Positions 34,970 to 46,959 of a DNA stretch of 64,000 bases are shown here, in pieces. The notes beneath the pieces are model-generated. The model made no database searches. It saw only the letters and a program-made list of their open reading frames with translations, and had not been told where the DNA came from. The stretch's first letter is position 1, and each line of letters starts with the position of its first letter. This DNA is from Squalus acanthias (taxonomy: Eukaryota), in contig CM059432.1 in the NCBI GenBank assembly GCA_030390025.1, positions 28,646,001 through 28,710,000 of the forward strand, read 5' to 3'. Made by a program: the position numbers and the translations under genes.

Positions 34970-35235
34970 ATAAATACAATGGAAGTGACTTGGAAATGGT
35001 TTGTTTCATTGAAGCTCTGAACAATAGAGGTGAATGGGAAATGTTTTGTTGCATTGACAGTCTATACAATGGGAGTGAATGGGAAATGTTTTGTTGCATT
35101 GACAGTCTATACAATGGGAGTGAATGGGAAGTGGTTTGTTGCATTGACAGTCTATACAATGGGAGTGAATGGGAAGTGGTTTGCTCCACTGAGATTTTAT
35201 AATAGGAGTGAATGGATGTGTTTTGCTCTATTTGA
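34970..35235. repeat. 45-bp minisatellite, about 5-6 copies
   Basis: Unit ctatacaatgggagtgaatgggaaatgttttgttgcattgacagt; appears as a 15-aa repeat in the ORF track. Confidence 0.9.
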
Positions 35236-36227
35236 ATTCTGTGCAAGATCTTTTATTTTCTTCAACTATTTTCTCCCCTCGCTTTCCCTCCCCTCCTCTC
35301 TTGAAGGCATTGACCACGCCTCATTTAGCTCATTTAGGTCGGGTTTGAACAAGCATTGGGCACCTTCTGGTACCTCATCCAAATTCCTATTGTTCCTGTG
35401 AGAGTGTCAGCAGATTTTCCGACCATGTGCATAGATGTTGACTGGCCACATGGAGTGTTTGGAGCTGCCATCCATGTTGTTCACCATTGTGCTTCAAAAT
35501 CAATGCAAAGCCGCGTCCCAGACACTCCCGTTGAAACCTCTGGGTTCTCACAATCTGCAGAGTCACCCCTTGACATTGTAATTCAGCTCATTCCAAAATC
35601 TGAATAGCTAGCGTCTTTAAATGGCCAGCGGAACTGTCAATGATGTGAATCAGCCTTTCTCCTCTCATTCTCCAATTGCTTTATTGAGCTGCTCCTGGTC
35701 AGTTTATAGCTTTCCTGTGATTGGTTTATAAATGGGTTCTAATCATAATGGGGCATTGCCTTCTGATTGGTCAATTGGCTAGAAGTTACGTTATTCATTC
35801 CGCAGGAGAGCATTAATTGCCATGATTAGTCAACGATTCCATTATCATTGTATTATGTGACTACCAGGACGGTAGAAGACGAATTAGATGGACCTTGGTC
35901 TTTTTTTGTCTAGTAATTCCTATGTTCCTATGCAGAGGTGCTGTATGATGTACCCATGTGAGGCCTCCTACACCATTCTAACCAGGCTTCAGAGCACCTG
36001 CCCTATTGCTTCATGTGCCTCCTGTGCTGTTGATCTTTTTTTGCTTGCTCTCCTGAGTGGAGAGCAAGAGCCAGGCAGATCGCAGCAGGTGAAGGAGTGA
36101 GGTAAGAGGCAAGAGCCTAGTGACAGAAAAAAAGAACTGACAAGAGGAGGGGCAATTAAAAAAAACTAAGTGATCACAAGCAAGAGGGAAATCAGTAGCA
36201 GCCATGCCAGCTATCTGTGCTTCTGGT

Positions 36228-37105
36228 ATAAGCCTCGGCTCAGTGTTAGCACTCTCACCTCTGCATCAGAAGGTCTGTGGGTTAAAAGCCCCGCTGCAGA
36301 GACTTGAGCATCTATTATAGGCTGCCACCTTCAACAAAATATGGAGGGAGTGTTGCACTATCGAATCTATCATCCGTAAATTTGAGGTCATCCAAAACTC
36401 TGCTGCCCATGTCCTAACTCGCACCAAGTTCCGTTCACCCATCATCCCTGTGCTTGTTGACCGACATTGGCTCCCGGTTAAGCAACGCCTTGATTTTAAT
36501 GTTTTCAAATCCATCCATGGACTCACCCCTTCCTATCTCTGTAATCTCCGCCAGCCCTGCAACCCTCCAAGATAGCGGCACTCCTCCAATTCTGGCCTCT
36601 TGAGCATCCTCAATTTTAATCGCTCCACCATTGGCAGCCGTGTCTTCAGCTGCCAAGGCCCTAATCTCTGGAATTCCCTCTCTAATCCTCTCCGCCTCCC
36701 TACTTCTCATCTTCCTTTAAGACGCTCCTTAAAACCTACCTCTTTGACCAAGTCTGCCCTAATATCTCCTTATGTGGCTCAGTGTCAAATTTTGTTGATA
36801 AGGCTCCTGTGAAGTGCCTTGGGACATTTTACTACGTTAAAGGTGCTATATAAATACAAGTTGTTGTTGTTATACTGAGACGTTAAACTGATGTCTGCCC
36901 TCTGAGGTGGACATAAAGGACCCCATGGCACTATTCAAAGAGCAGGGGAGTTGTCCTGGCCAACATTTCTCCCTCAACCAACATTACTAAAATACAGACT
37001 ATTGGGTCATTTATTTCATTGCTGTTTGTGGGACCTTCAAAAAGTACTTTGTTGGCTGTAAAGTGCTTTGTGACATCCTGAGAATGTGAAATGCAAGTTC
37101 TTTTT
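36228..37105 (+). mobile_element. Deu-SINE interrupted by an L2-type 3' fragment (about 36365-36870)
   Basis: SINE head at 36228-36360, L2 piece ending ttgttgttgtt, SINE resumes tgagacgttaaac at about 36876. Confidence 0.75.
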
Positions 37106-37179
37106 TATGCTAACAGCCAACACTCAGAATCCAGTGCCTTCAAGTCCGTGTTTTGGCAAAGAAATCCGAGTCTTCACAG

Positions 37180-37645
37180 TGTCAACCATGGCTTAGTGGG
37201 TAGCACCCTCGCCTCTGAGTCAGAAGGTTGTGGGTTCTAAATCCCACTCCAGAGACTTGAGCACAAAAATCTAGGCTGAAACTCCAGTGCAGTACTGAGG
37301 GAGTGCTGCATGTCGGATGTGCCGTCATTTGGATGAGACATTAAACCGAGGCCCCATCTGCTCTCTCAGGTGGACGTAAAAGATCCCATGGCACTATTTC
37401 GAAGAAGAGTAGGGTAGTTATCCTGGTGTCCTGGCCAATATTAATCCCTCAATCAACATAACAAAAGACAGATTATCTGGTCATTATCACACTGCTGTTT
37501 GTGGGAGCTTGCTGTGCGCAAATTGGCTGCCGTGTTTCCTACATTACAACAGTGACTACACTTCAAAAGTACTTAATTGGCTGTAAAGCGCTTTGGGATG
37601 TCCGGTGGTTGTGAAAGGCGCTATATGAATGCAAGTCTTTCTTTC
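37180..37645 (+). mobile_element. Deu-domain SINE (SacSINE1/AmnSINE1-related), full length
   Basis: tRNA head (tggcttagtggg; ggttctaaatccc), Deu core (gatgagacattaaaccgagg...aaagatcccatggcac...ggtgtcctggccaa...gctgtgcgcaaattggctgcc), L2-like tail. Confidence 0.88.
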
Positions 37646-38112
37646 AAAATAACCAAGCAGATCAGTTGGTGGACAGGACTGGAAGCTTTCAGTCAACTCC
37701 ACCTGAGAGTGCACAATTCAGCTTCGCCCGTCTGTTCCTGTAAGCCTGTAGTGGATTTATGGAGGATACAGGGAACCAGGCTGCATTCACTTTGTATGTT
37801 TTAGATTTTTTTCTTCTTAATCAGTGCCCCCTCCTTTCAAGGAGAGCAGCACTAATATAATCGGCCCATCCAATTTAAAAGCGCGTGCATATAGTTGAAA
37901 GATAATTCGGTTTTCTTCGTCAATAAAATAACATATGTGCTGCAGTGCCTCAAGTGAACTGGTTATCACACCCTGATCCTGCTCCAAGGTCACCCAGGCG
38001 TGCAATTACCCTTGGAAGAGTGGCAGGCAGTCGGAGCATCCCCTTCCTGTACATCATGGACCTGTGGATGGAGGTTTTTTCTAGGCCCAGGAGCAGACTG
38101 ATCGGGAGATGC

Positions 38113-38650
38113 AGATACCTAAGAAAGGATATACTTGCCATAGAGGGAGTGCAGCAAAGGTTCACCAGACTGATTCCTGGGATGGCAGGACTGTCGTATG
38201 AGGAGAGATTGGGTCGGCTAGGCCTGTATTCACTAGAGTTTAGAAGAATGAGAGGGGATCTCATTGAAACGTATAAAATTCTGACAGGGCTAGACAGACT
38301 GGACGCAGGGAGATGTTTCCCCTGGCTGGGGGGTCTAGAACGAGGGGTCACAGTCTCAGGATTCGGGGTAGGACATTTAGGACTGAAATGAGAAATTTGT
38401 TCACTCAGAGGGTGGTGAACCTGTGGAATTCTCTACCACAGAAGGCTGTGGAGGCCAAGTCACTGAATATATTTAAGAAGGAGATAGATAGATTTCTAGA
38501 CACAAAAGGCATCAAGGGGTATGGGGAGAGAGTGGGAATAAGGTATTGAGATAGAGGATCAGCCATGATCATATTGAATGGTGGAGCAGGGTCAAAGGGC
38601 CGAATGGCCTACTCCTGCTCCTATTTTTCTGTTTTTTTCTATGTTTCTAT
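38113..38650 (+). mobile_element. CR1 3' fragment
   Basis: YLRKDILAIEGVQQRFTRLIPG...RGHSLRI, then 3'UTR. Confidence 0.92.
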
Positions 38651-38659
38651 ATTCCTTGC

Positions 38660-39200
38660 AATTTGTTGCTACCTGTCGTAACTCAGGCCCCACATGTGGC
38701 AGAAGAAGAACGTCCCAAGTGCACACCACTTTGGAGGATCCTTAACGCACAGGTGTCTCTGCTGGATCTCAAAGTGGAAAGTCACAACCTGGGTGTGAAC
38801 GTACACCAGCGCCTGATCACCCTCCCTAAGCGGCAGACTCAGAACTCTGGCAGAGACCCTGTGCCTTCCTTTGTCCCAGAAGGAGTCGATGTTTCCTCTG
38901 AATTTTGTTGTCAAATCCAGAGGGAGGGATCAAAGTAACCAGAGAATGACAGCCACCAGTTGGTTTATGACCAACATTCTATCACTATCAGAGAGCACTC
39001 AGCCTTCAAGATGAGTGGTGACTTTTGTCTCCGGGGATGTCGGCCAGGCTTCCTCTGCGGGGCTCAGTAGACTCTCAGATATAACAAGTTCGTGGTGCTC
39101 CAGCTCTGGCATAGAGGTCCTCTGGCAAGGAGTCCACCTGCCACTAACCTACTCAAAGGGGTGGCCTAGTCCTGGTACTGCTTGCATTATGGTCTGTCGG
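38660..39200 (-). mobile_element. Tx1/L1-clade retrotransposon ORF2 fragment, decayed
   Basis: Minus strand: LVINQLVA.ILW...FWDKGRHRVSARVLSLPLREGDQALV..HTQV..F...PPKWCALGTFFF, resembling the post-RT region of Tx1 ORF2 (from memory). Confidence 0.65.
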
Positions 39201-40657
39201 GTACTCGTTGGGATGGGTTTATTGTAGACATGTGTTGTAAAAGGTTTCTGTTAACAGGATCACAATGGCCAATCTGGCATTAACCTCACACTACAAGAAA
39301 CTGTGAACATCCCAACCCTGGAAAAGTAGCAAAAGTTGACAATTCAAAAACAGCTCTGAATATAGGCCTGTGCCGTGTAGTTACACTGTAAGTACAGGGT
39401 GGGGTGGGAGGCGTGGGGGGAGGTACTGGCTTGTTGTAACTTAAGCTGCAGGTATACTCAACGTTCACTTGTATAGTGGAAGATGAATGTATTTTCCCTC
39501 ATTTCTTGTGGAGGCACTGTGGACTATCCTGGATGCACATTGGTACTCTGTTGCTAAATTGTTCAGTTGTCACGATGGCATGGAGGCACTCTTCTCCTGC
39601 ACCCAGTTTACAATCTTCTCTTGCCTCTCACCCTGCAGTTTACACTGGCAATCTCACTCCCATTCTACCCAGTTCACGTTGGCACTCCTGACTCTCAAGA
39701 ATCAAGCTGGCACTCGTCTTGCGTTTTCTTAATGCCAGTTTTCTCCCTCTCCCCAGTCACACAGGCAAGAGTTCTCGTCCACGGCATGCAGCGGTTGGTA
39801 GGGGTATCAAGTGATCCTGTGAGGAAAAGCCAGGAGCGGCGTTGAGAGGCAGAACCAAGAGAGGGGCTGATTTTCAGCTGCATATTTGGACAAGAAAAGA
39901 GTGACTTGAAGATGTTAATGTCCACGTGAAATGCGGATGGTGGGCTTGTATGGAACTGGATCCAATTAGCTTGTATTAAAGTCTGTACAAGTACTTTATT
40001 TTCCTATTGGAAGTATCTAATGCTGCCAGGATAAATTATTTTTGGCTTGAAAACATAATTCAGGAGCCTCCAAAATGTTGGAAATGCATCAAATAAAATA
40101 TCAAAAATCATACATTTTTGGGGGTGAGGATACTCCCAGAAGCCTCAACAAAATATATCTCACACCTTCAACGCTCTCGTTACCCCTCCTTGAGAAATTT
40201 TAAATGGGATACTGCTGCAAACCATGCTTTTGTGTCTTTCTCTGCAATGTAAGTGATTGAATTATAATTACAGCTTACGTTACAACTGCAGCCCACTCTA
40301 ATTTTCACATCTCATAGGCCCATATTCAATGCTGTTTGGAGTTGTCAGCTTTATTTTGGAGCTCTGTCAACTATTTCTTTTGAAGCTGATGGCCAGCCTT
40401 TGCTCATTTTTGAGGTTAGCATGTAATGAGGAATCACAGTCAAGCTCTACCCTATCCTCAGACAACATCCACACTGCTGTGCTAGGAACAGTCTTCCGAT
40501 AGTGGTTAGAAGTGGGAACCCGTACCTGTTTTTTGCCTCCCTAACCTAGAGATGCTAACGCCAATTGTAGTTACTCTTCTACCTCCTTGGCTGAGATCAG
40601 CAATTGATCCTGGGACCTACTCACCAAATAAACTTGCTGAGGAATGGGGGAAGGCTC

Positions 40658-40702
40658 TCTGTCTCTCTCTCTCTCTCTCTTTCTATATATATATATATAT
40701 AT
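40658..40702. repeat. (CT)n(AT)n microsatellite
   Basis: Seen directly in the sequence. Confidence 0.9.
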
Positions 40703-40884
40703 GTCTTTGTCACTTCCAGACTAGGCTACAACAATGCTCTTCTTGCTGGCTTCCATCCACCACTCTCTCTAAACTCAAACTTGTCCAAACCTCTGCTCCA
40801 TCTGGTCTCGCTCACCCATCAGCCCAGGTTCTCACTGACCTACACTGGTTCCTGGTCTCCCAATACATTACACTTAAAATCCTT

Positions 40885-43097
40885 GGGCTAAAAATTCAGG
40901 GGCTTTATGAAGGCTTGTATGTCAAAAAAATCGTGTAAAGAGGGCGGCTGCCGCTCTTTCGCCAGCTGGTGGCGGGTCCCACGGCGTCCTCCATTTTCCT
41001 AGGCTTGGCAGCGCTGCCGGTAAGATGCATCATCCTGCAAAGGAAAATGAGGGAGCGGTGGCGTCAAGCCGTCACGCCGACATAACGTCACTACGGCGAA
41101 CTTGGACCTTTGCGCTGAGTTTAGCGCTGGGTCCTAAGCATGCCGGGTAAACCCAGCATGCAAGCAGACTCACAGAGGTGCTGAAAAACACACACATCTT
41201 TCAGGTAAGTTTGCATTTAAGCTTTTGGACGGGGTTTTTTAGATTTTACTGAAGTAGTAACTTGATGCAATAGATGTTAAAAGTTTTTTAAGTGTGTAGG
41301 GAGTGCTGCTGGACATTTGCAAGGCCTCAGATGGTAAAGGAAGGCTTCTGAGAAGATAGAAAAAGCTGCAAATACTCAGCAGGTCAGGTAACATCCATGT
41401 AGAGAGAAACAGAGTTCACATCTCAGGTCAAGATGCTGTCTGACCTGTTGAGTATTTCCAGCATTTTATGCTGTCATTTCAGACTTACAGCATCTGCTCG
41501 CAGAGGGAAGAGGAAGATGCAGAAGAGGAAGAAACAGAAAAGGAAGAAGCCAAAGAGGAGGAAACAGAAGAGAAGGAAGCAGAAGAGGAGGAAGCAGAAG
41601 GAAAGGTGCAACCCAGACAGCCCCTTTTTGGCTGGGATATCGGGATGGAATCATCTGCCTGCAGTCCCAGTGGCCACAACCCCAATTCCCCTTTCAATAT
41701 TAGTCCCACACCTTACCTTCCCTCTGTCACTGACCATCACAGTGTCCTCTTGGCCACAATGCTGGAATAAAAGCCACCACAAAGCAAACTTTCCAATCCA
41801 ACTTTATACATCTATCTATCCAATGTGACATCAAGGAATCAACTCATCACCCTTGTGCATTCTCTTAGTGACTGTCTTGTGTGTGCCTTTGCCTATCCTA
41901 CTGATGTCATGTAGTGCTACCCCAGTGGCAGCAGCATGGCTGGTTGAAGGGTGCTGACTTTCAGTGGTGGACACTGCAAATGGCCTTGCTGGTCAACCTT
42001 GAGAAGCTGGTGGCTGGGTGTGTGAAATCGAGTGATGGTATTTCTTCTTCTTCTTCTTCTTCTAGGCTGCATTTCTTGGGTATGTGAATTGAGGAAGGCA
42101 CAAGGGTGGATTTGTGGTGAGGGGAGGGCGGGAAAGCAAGAGGTGCATGCCAGAAGGAGGATAACGTATGAGAATACCAGCATCTTGTATCCTTTCAGTC
42201 CCACCATTGGCCAAGGGCTCAGCCATGCTCCTGCCAAGAATGGCCAGCACCGTTTCCTCCAAGGAGGCGAAGTGAGGCTATGAATGGGAGATGTGCATCG
42301 TGGTTGGTACAAATTGTTGGTAGGTGAGTGACTGGGGAGGGGGCATCATGGATTGAGCAGTGTGTGAGGCTAGTGATGCAGTTGGTGGGAGACAGTTTTT
42401 GAAGATGCATTCACTGACCTTGACCAGTGGTCTGAGGTCATGAAGCTTCTTTGGGCACTGGAGCCAGGTAGTGGGGGTGACACTGCTGGCAGTGATGGCC
42501 TTGGTGATGTGGTCCCACATCATTCTTTCTGGAGGGCCTCCTGGCCCCTGTGGGTAGAGGACCTCTCTTGCAGTGTTGACCCCCTGCACAAAGCTGGAGT
42601 GTTGCGTGCGAGACCCTGGGTGCCCCTTCCCTGGCTTGCTAAGCCACTTGTGTTGGTGTTGAAGCACTTTTCCCATTTTTTGAGGTGTGGACGGGAATTC
42701 AGCTTTAAGAGATGAAAACTCCCATTTGGGAATTTTTTTTCATTGTCAATTTTGTTTCAAAGGCAGTAAGGGCTGAAAACTAAATTTTTTCCACTTCATT
42801 TTAATTTTTATTACTTCAGAAGGCATTGCCCTTTTAATGCACTGCCTCTTTAATTTCCCACAATTCCTAGCGCACTCCATAACCTCACTTCCAGAGGCTG
42901 TTGGAAGCTGGAACGTCGCTTCAGGATGGGAACTTCGACTCCCCTGCCTGCGCTAATGCCACCAGGAGGGCGTTACATCGTAAGTTAGCACTGGGCTAAA
43001 AATCTTTAGCCCCCAGCGCAAATTTTTCCCTGGTAGAGCTTTGTCCATTTTCAGCGGCCGTTGACCGACTCTCGTGGTGACCACGAATTTATCCCCC
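40885..43097 (-). mobile_element. Second, inverted copy of the Myb/SANT-bearing Harbinger derivative
   Basis: TIRs GGGCTAAAAATTC / GAATTTATCCCCC, flanking CTT/TTG duplication (ambiguous by 1 nt). ORF 42278..42676 reads VQGVNTAREVLYP...MWDHITKAI...TWLQCPKKLHDL. 41630-41800 is the reverse complement of 22560-22750. Splits an L2 fragment (40700-40884, 43098-43430). Confidence 0.85.
41361..41495. mobile_element. Decayed Penelope-derived fold-back nested in the Harbinger element
   Basis: aaatactcagcaggtcagg...agagagaaacagagtt / gatgctgtctgacctgttgagtattt, same family as 9024-9248. Confidence 0.75.
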
Positions 43098-44467
43098 TTG
43101 TCTTTGTCTATGAAACCCTCAGTGAATCTTGCCCCACACTATTTCTGCAGTCTTCTTCAGCCCGATATCTCCTCTCAAATGCTCTGTTCCTCTCAGCATC
43201 CCTTTATGCCACCATTGATGGTAAAGTGTTCAGCTACCTGGGTCCTCCTCTCTGGAACTCCATCCTTAAATCTTTTTGACTCTCCACCTTTGAAAACATC
43301 CTCAAGATCCATCTGTTTGTCCAAGCATTTGGTCACCCCTTCCTGCTTGGCATGTATTATCCTTACATTTTTTGTGAAACATCTTGGGACCATTTGTTAC
43401 TTTAAAGGCACTATATAAAGGCAAGTTATCTGCTAGTTTGTTAGAAATATTTGTCTCATCTACATACTGCCAATTACTCAGAGCACATTGAGAAAGAGGA
43501 AGCTTTCAGACATTCTTAAACAACCATCAGACCACACCATAAACACAAAAGAAATATTTACATTTACAAGTTGCGCACGGTATGTTGGAGAATATGGCCT
43601 CTCACCTGTCTCTGCTGTCTTTCTGGTGCTGTTCATCTCCCTGTCTCTCTTTCTCTTATTTTTCTTATCTTCCTTAACTCTTATTTTTGTTTCACTCTGT
43701 TGTATTCTAGGTGATGAGTGGTATAGTGGGGAAATGTGCCAGCAACAGCTGTAGGCTGCATTTGGAATCGGGGTTGTGGGGGAAATATAGCCCTTAAAAC
43801 CACCCTTCCCATTTCAATCAGTCATGCTTTCCCCTGGCTTCTCATTCCCGTAATGTCCCTTCATCTTCTGAATACTCATTTCCCTTTGTATTGCACCCTT
43901 ACTCCACCACTCCCCCTACCTCTTACACTTTGAATTACCTGTTTGACCCCTTTATCCTCCTCTCTCCCTTGCTCCACTGTCATTTACTCCCTTAACCCTA
44001 TATCCTCTCCTCCCATTCCTTATGGCATCCCGCAAGAGCAGTTGACAAGGGGCCAAAGTTCCCCTTACCCACAACCAGTTTCCCATCTCCCTTCTCTCTC
44101 CTACCCTAACTTTTGTTTCCCTCAAATTGGTTTACGCCAGCACTACCACCACTGCCATCTTGAAAAGGACGTACCACTGAGTGGCGGGAGCGCTTGCCTG
44201 TTTCAGGCAGTAGGCCCTTTCAATATGTAAATCGGGATCCTATGACGCACATAGGACCCCGATTGCCATTTTGGGAGACAACTGGGCTGAGCGATACTGT
44301 TCATCTTTTGCTCAGTTTTCCAGGCAGTATAGCTGAAAAGGCCCAAAAATGGAAGTTAAAAATTATTTTTATAGGACGGGGAGTGGCAGGAACGCTCTTC
44401 TAGGCCCCACAAAAAATAATCTGGGCCGTTGCCAAGACTAACTTAGCTGCCGGGCGGACAGCCACCA

Positions 44468-44892
44468 GGCATAGTGGTTAGCACTGGTGCCTCACAGCGC
44501 CAGGGACCCGGGTTCGAATCTGACCTCGGGTGACTGTCTGTGTGGAGTTTGCACATTCTCCCCGTGTCTGCGTGGGTTTTCTCCGGGTGCTCCGGTTTCC
44601 TCCCACAGTCCAAAAATGTGCGGGTTAGGTTGATTTGGCTATGATAAATTGACCCTTAGGGTTAGGGGGGGATTAAATATGTGGGGTTATGGGGATAGGA
44701 TGGGATATGTTAGGGGGAATTAAATACGTGGGGTTACGGGGATAGGGTGGGATATGTGTACTGTGGGGATTAAAGCAGGGACAGGGTACTGGATTTGGAT
44801 GATCAGCCATGATCGTATTGAATGGTGGAGCAGGCTCGACGGGCCGAATGGCCTACTCCTGCTCCTAGATTCTATGTTTCTATGTTTCTATG
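44468..44892 (+). mobile_element. V-SINE (HE1-like) with CR1-derived tail
   Basis: tRNA head ggcatagtggttagc...gggttcgaatc, V-domain gtgtggagtttgcacattctccccgtgtctgcgtgggttt.ctccgggtgctccggtttcctccca, tail matching CR1 33405-33513. Confidence 0.9.
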
Positions 44893-45030
44893 GGTGAGTG
44901 TGATGTTGGGCTGGGTGAGTGTGATGTTGGGCTGGGTGAGTGTGATGTTGGGTGAGTTTGATGTTGGTCTGGGTGAGTGTGATGTTGGGTGAGTGGCCCA
45001 ATCTGGGTGAGTGTGATGTTGGGTGAGTGG
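44892..45030. repeat. About 21-bp tandem repeat
   Basis: gggtgagtgtgatgttgggct, repeated with variants. Confidence 0.85.
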
Positions 45031-45344
45031 CCCAATATTGTACCGGCCCACATCCGGCAAGTTGCATTGGGACGCCCGTTTGGCGCCTGAAGCTCAGCCG
45101 TTCTTTTTAAATGAAACGGCTCCAGCCACTTCGCACAAATAGGCGGCCAGTGCGCTCATCCGATCGACCGCCCTAAAATTAAAATCTACCCGTCTTTCTC
45201 TCTCTCTCTGCCTCGTAGGTGTCGAAAATAATAGTCTCGGTCTCTGTAGCATTTACCTTTCCCAACGGTCAACAAAACACAGGTTGTGATAATTAGTTGG
45301 CTGCAAAATTCAACTGTGATGTAGCTCCATGAAGAAAAACACAT

Positions 45345-45530
45345 GGGGCAATTTTAACCTAACCCGCCCATCGGGAAACTGACAGGATGAGATCGGCTCC
45401 TTATTTTGCAACCTGCCCAAGTTTATTTTCCTCTGACTTCAATGGAAAGTAAGATCGGGCGTGGTGTAAAACGGGAAGCCGATCCGATCCCGTCAGGTTT
45501 CCACTGGATGGGTTCGGTTAAAATTACTCC
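45345..45530. mobile_element. Fold-back MITE
   Basis: GGGGCAATTTTAACC / GGTTAAAATTACTCC; inner arms ggaaactgacaggatg / cccgtcaggtttcc; centre tgacttcaatgg. Related to 23403-23575. Confidence 0.75.
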
Positions 45531-46271
45531 ACACTCTTTTGTCTCTCACCCCCGTCTTTATCTCACACTTTCTAACGTTTATACAACACAAAATAAAAGC
45601 TACAACAGGTCACAACACAATGGAGTTGAGGTAAGATCAGCCATGATCTCATTGAATGGCGGAGCAAGCTCGAGGGGCTGAATGGCCTCCTCCTGTTCCT
45701 AATGTTCCTACGTTCCTGACACTGTTATTTTCCGCTCCCTCGATTTTCCACAAATAACTTGGAAAACTTTTTGAGCAGAAACTGCTAGAGCTAAAGAAAA
45801 ACATATTTCTCAATATAACCGACTTGCAGTACTGATACACCCTGGGAATGCTCAGACTGCACAAAACAAATTCAACTCATAGCATCACAGTTCTAGTCAA
45901 AAATATCAACTCTAACCCTAGGCTTTTGAGAGAGGCTCAAGCCTTCAAGTAAAAATGTTAATAAAGACACAAAAGATATTTAAATAGATAAAATTAATCA
46001 TGTCATTGTGAAATTTGTAATGTATGGAGTTTTTGTAAGTTTTAGTTAAACCGTTATTTTGAACTTTTAAAATTTAGGAACAGTAGGCCATTTAGCCCAT
46101 CGAGCCTGTTCTGCCATTCAATGAGATCATGGCTGATCTGTGACCTAACTCCATATCCTTTGCTCCTGAAGCAGCCCATGCCCGCATGCAGCAAGACCTG
46201 GATGACATTCAGGCTTGGGCTGATAAGTAGCAGGTAATACTCCAGGTCTGGTCTAACCAGGGCTTTGTATA

Positions 46272-46700
46272 GCTGTTTTAGCGCCCCTGAAAAGGTTAGC
46301 GTTCCCGCGACGTAAATTGAGTGGTAGCGCCCCAAGCAGGAGGCAGGGCGCTACTGGAAGCGCTCCCCCTCCTTCCTGGGGCGATACCATTCAATATTGC
46401 GGTGCTACGTGTAACAGCGCCACGCACGTTGGCACGTAGCGCCGCGGTATTACAGGCCACCCGCTCCTGATTAAAGGGGAGGGGCCTAACGCTGCGCACA
46501 CCGGGGCCCTGCTGGACCACCAAGGAGCGGGATGCCGGGAAAACAGCCCGGCACTCAAGAGGAGTGCCAGGCTGACCAATCACGGCCGGCACCCCGTATG
46601 AAGAAGCGGGATGGGGCAGGTGCTGACAGGCTGCCCAAAAAAAAGGCCGCCCGGCACCTGCCCTTTATTAGCGCCGCCGCATCCACAAAAACGCCACCCT
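46272..46700 (+). mobile_element. GC-rich fragment of the 1819-2575 MITE family
   Basis: ttaaaggggagggg...ctggaccaccaagg...cagcccggcactcaag matches 2065-2190. Confidence 0.65.
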
Positions 46701-46959
46701 GACCCTGTTGGACATAGCGTCCGTCAGTCGGTCAACTAACCGATGTTAGGCTAATTGGTCTATAATTCCATGGTTTCCCTCTCTCACCTTTCTTAAGTAG
46801 CAGACATGCACAATTTTACAAGCTAAACGAACAGTTCCTGAATCGAGAGAACTTTGGAACATTATAGTTAAGGCATCTGCAATGTTCTCACCTACTTCCT
46901 TTAAAAACCTGGGATGGAAACCACCTAGTCCTGGGGATTTGTCACTCTTTAGTGCCATT

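Noticed and set aside
34970..35235. CRISPR-like array or repeat-protein gene
   Set aside because: Head-to-tail units with no unique spacers, eukaryotic context, and no cas genes or splice support.
37185..37255. tRNA genes at SINE/LINE heads (also 44468, 52800, 26345)
   Set aside because: A/B boxes run straight into repeat bodies; no complete cloverleaf or terminator.
41433..41828. Poly-Glu or Lys/Arg-rich ORFs as host genes
   Set aside because: Low-complexity GAA/GAG tract inside the Harbinger derivative; the ORF starts lie in a nested fold-back insert.
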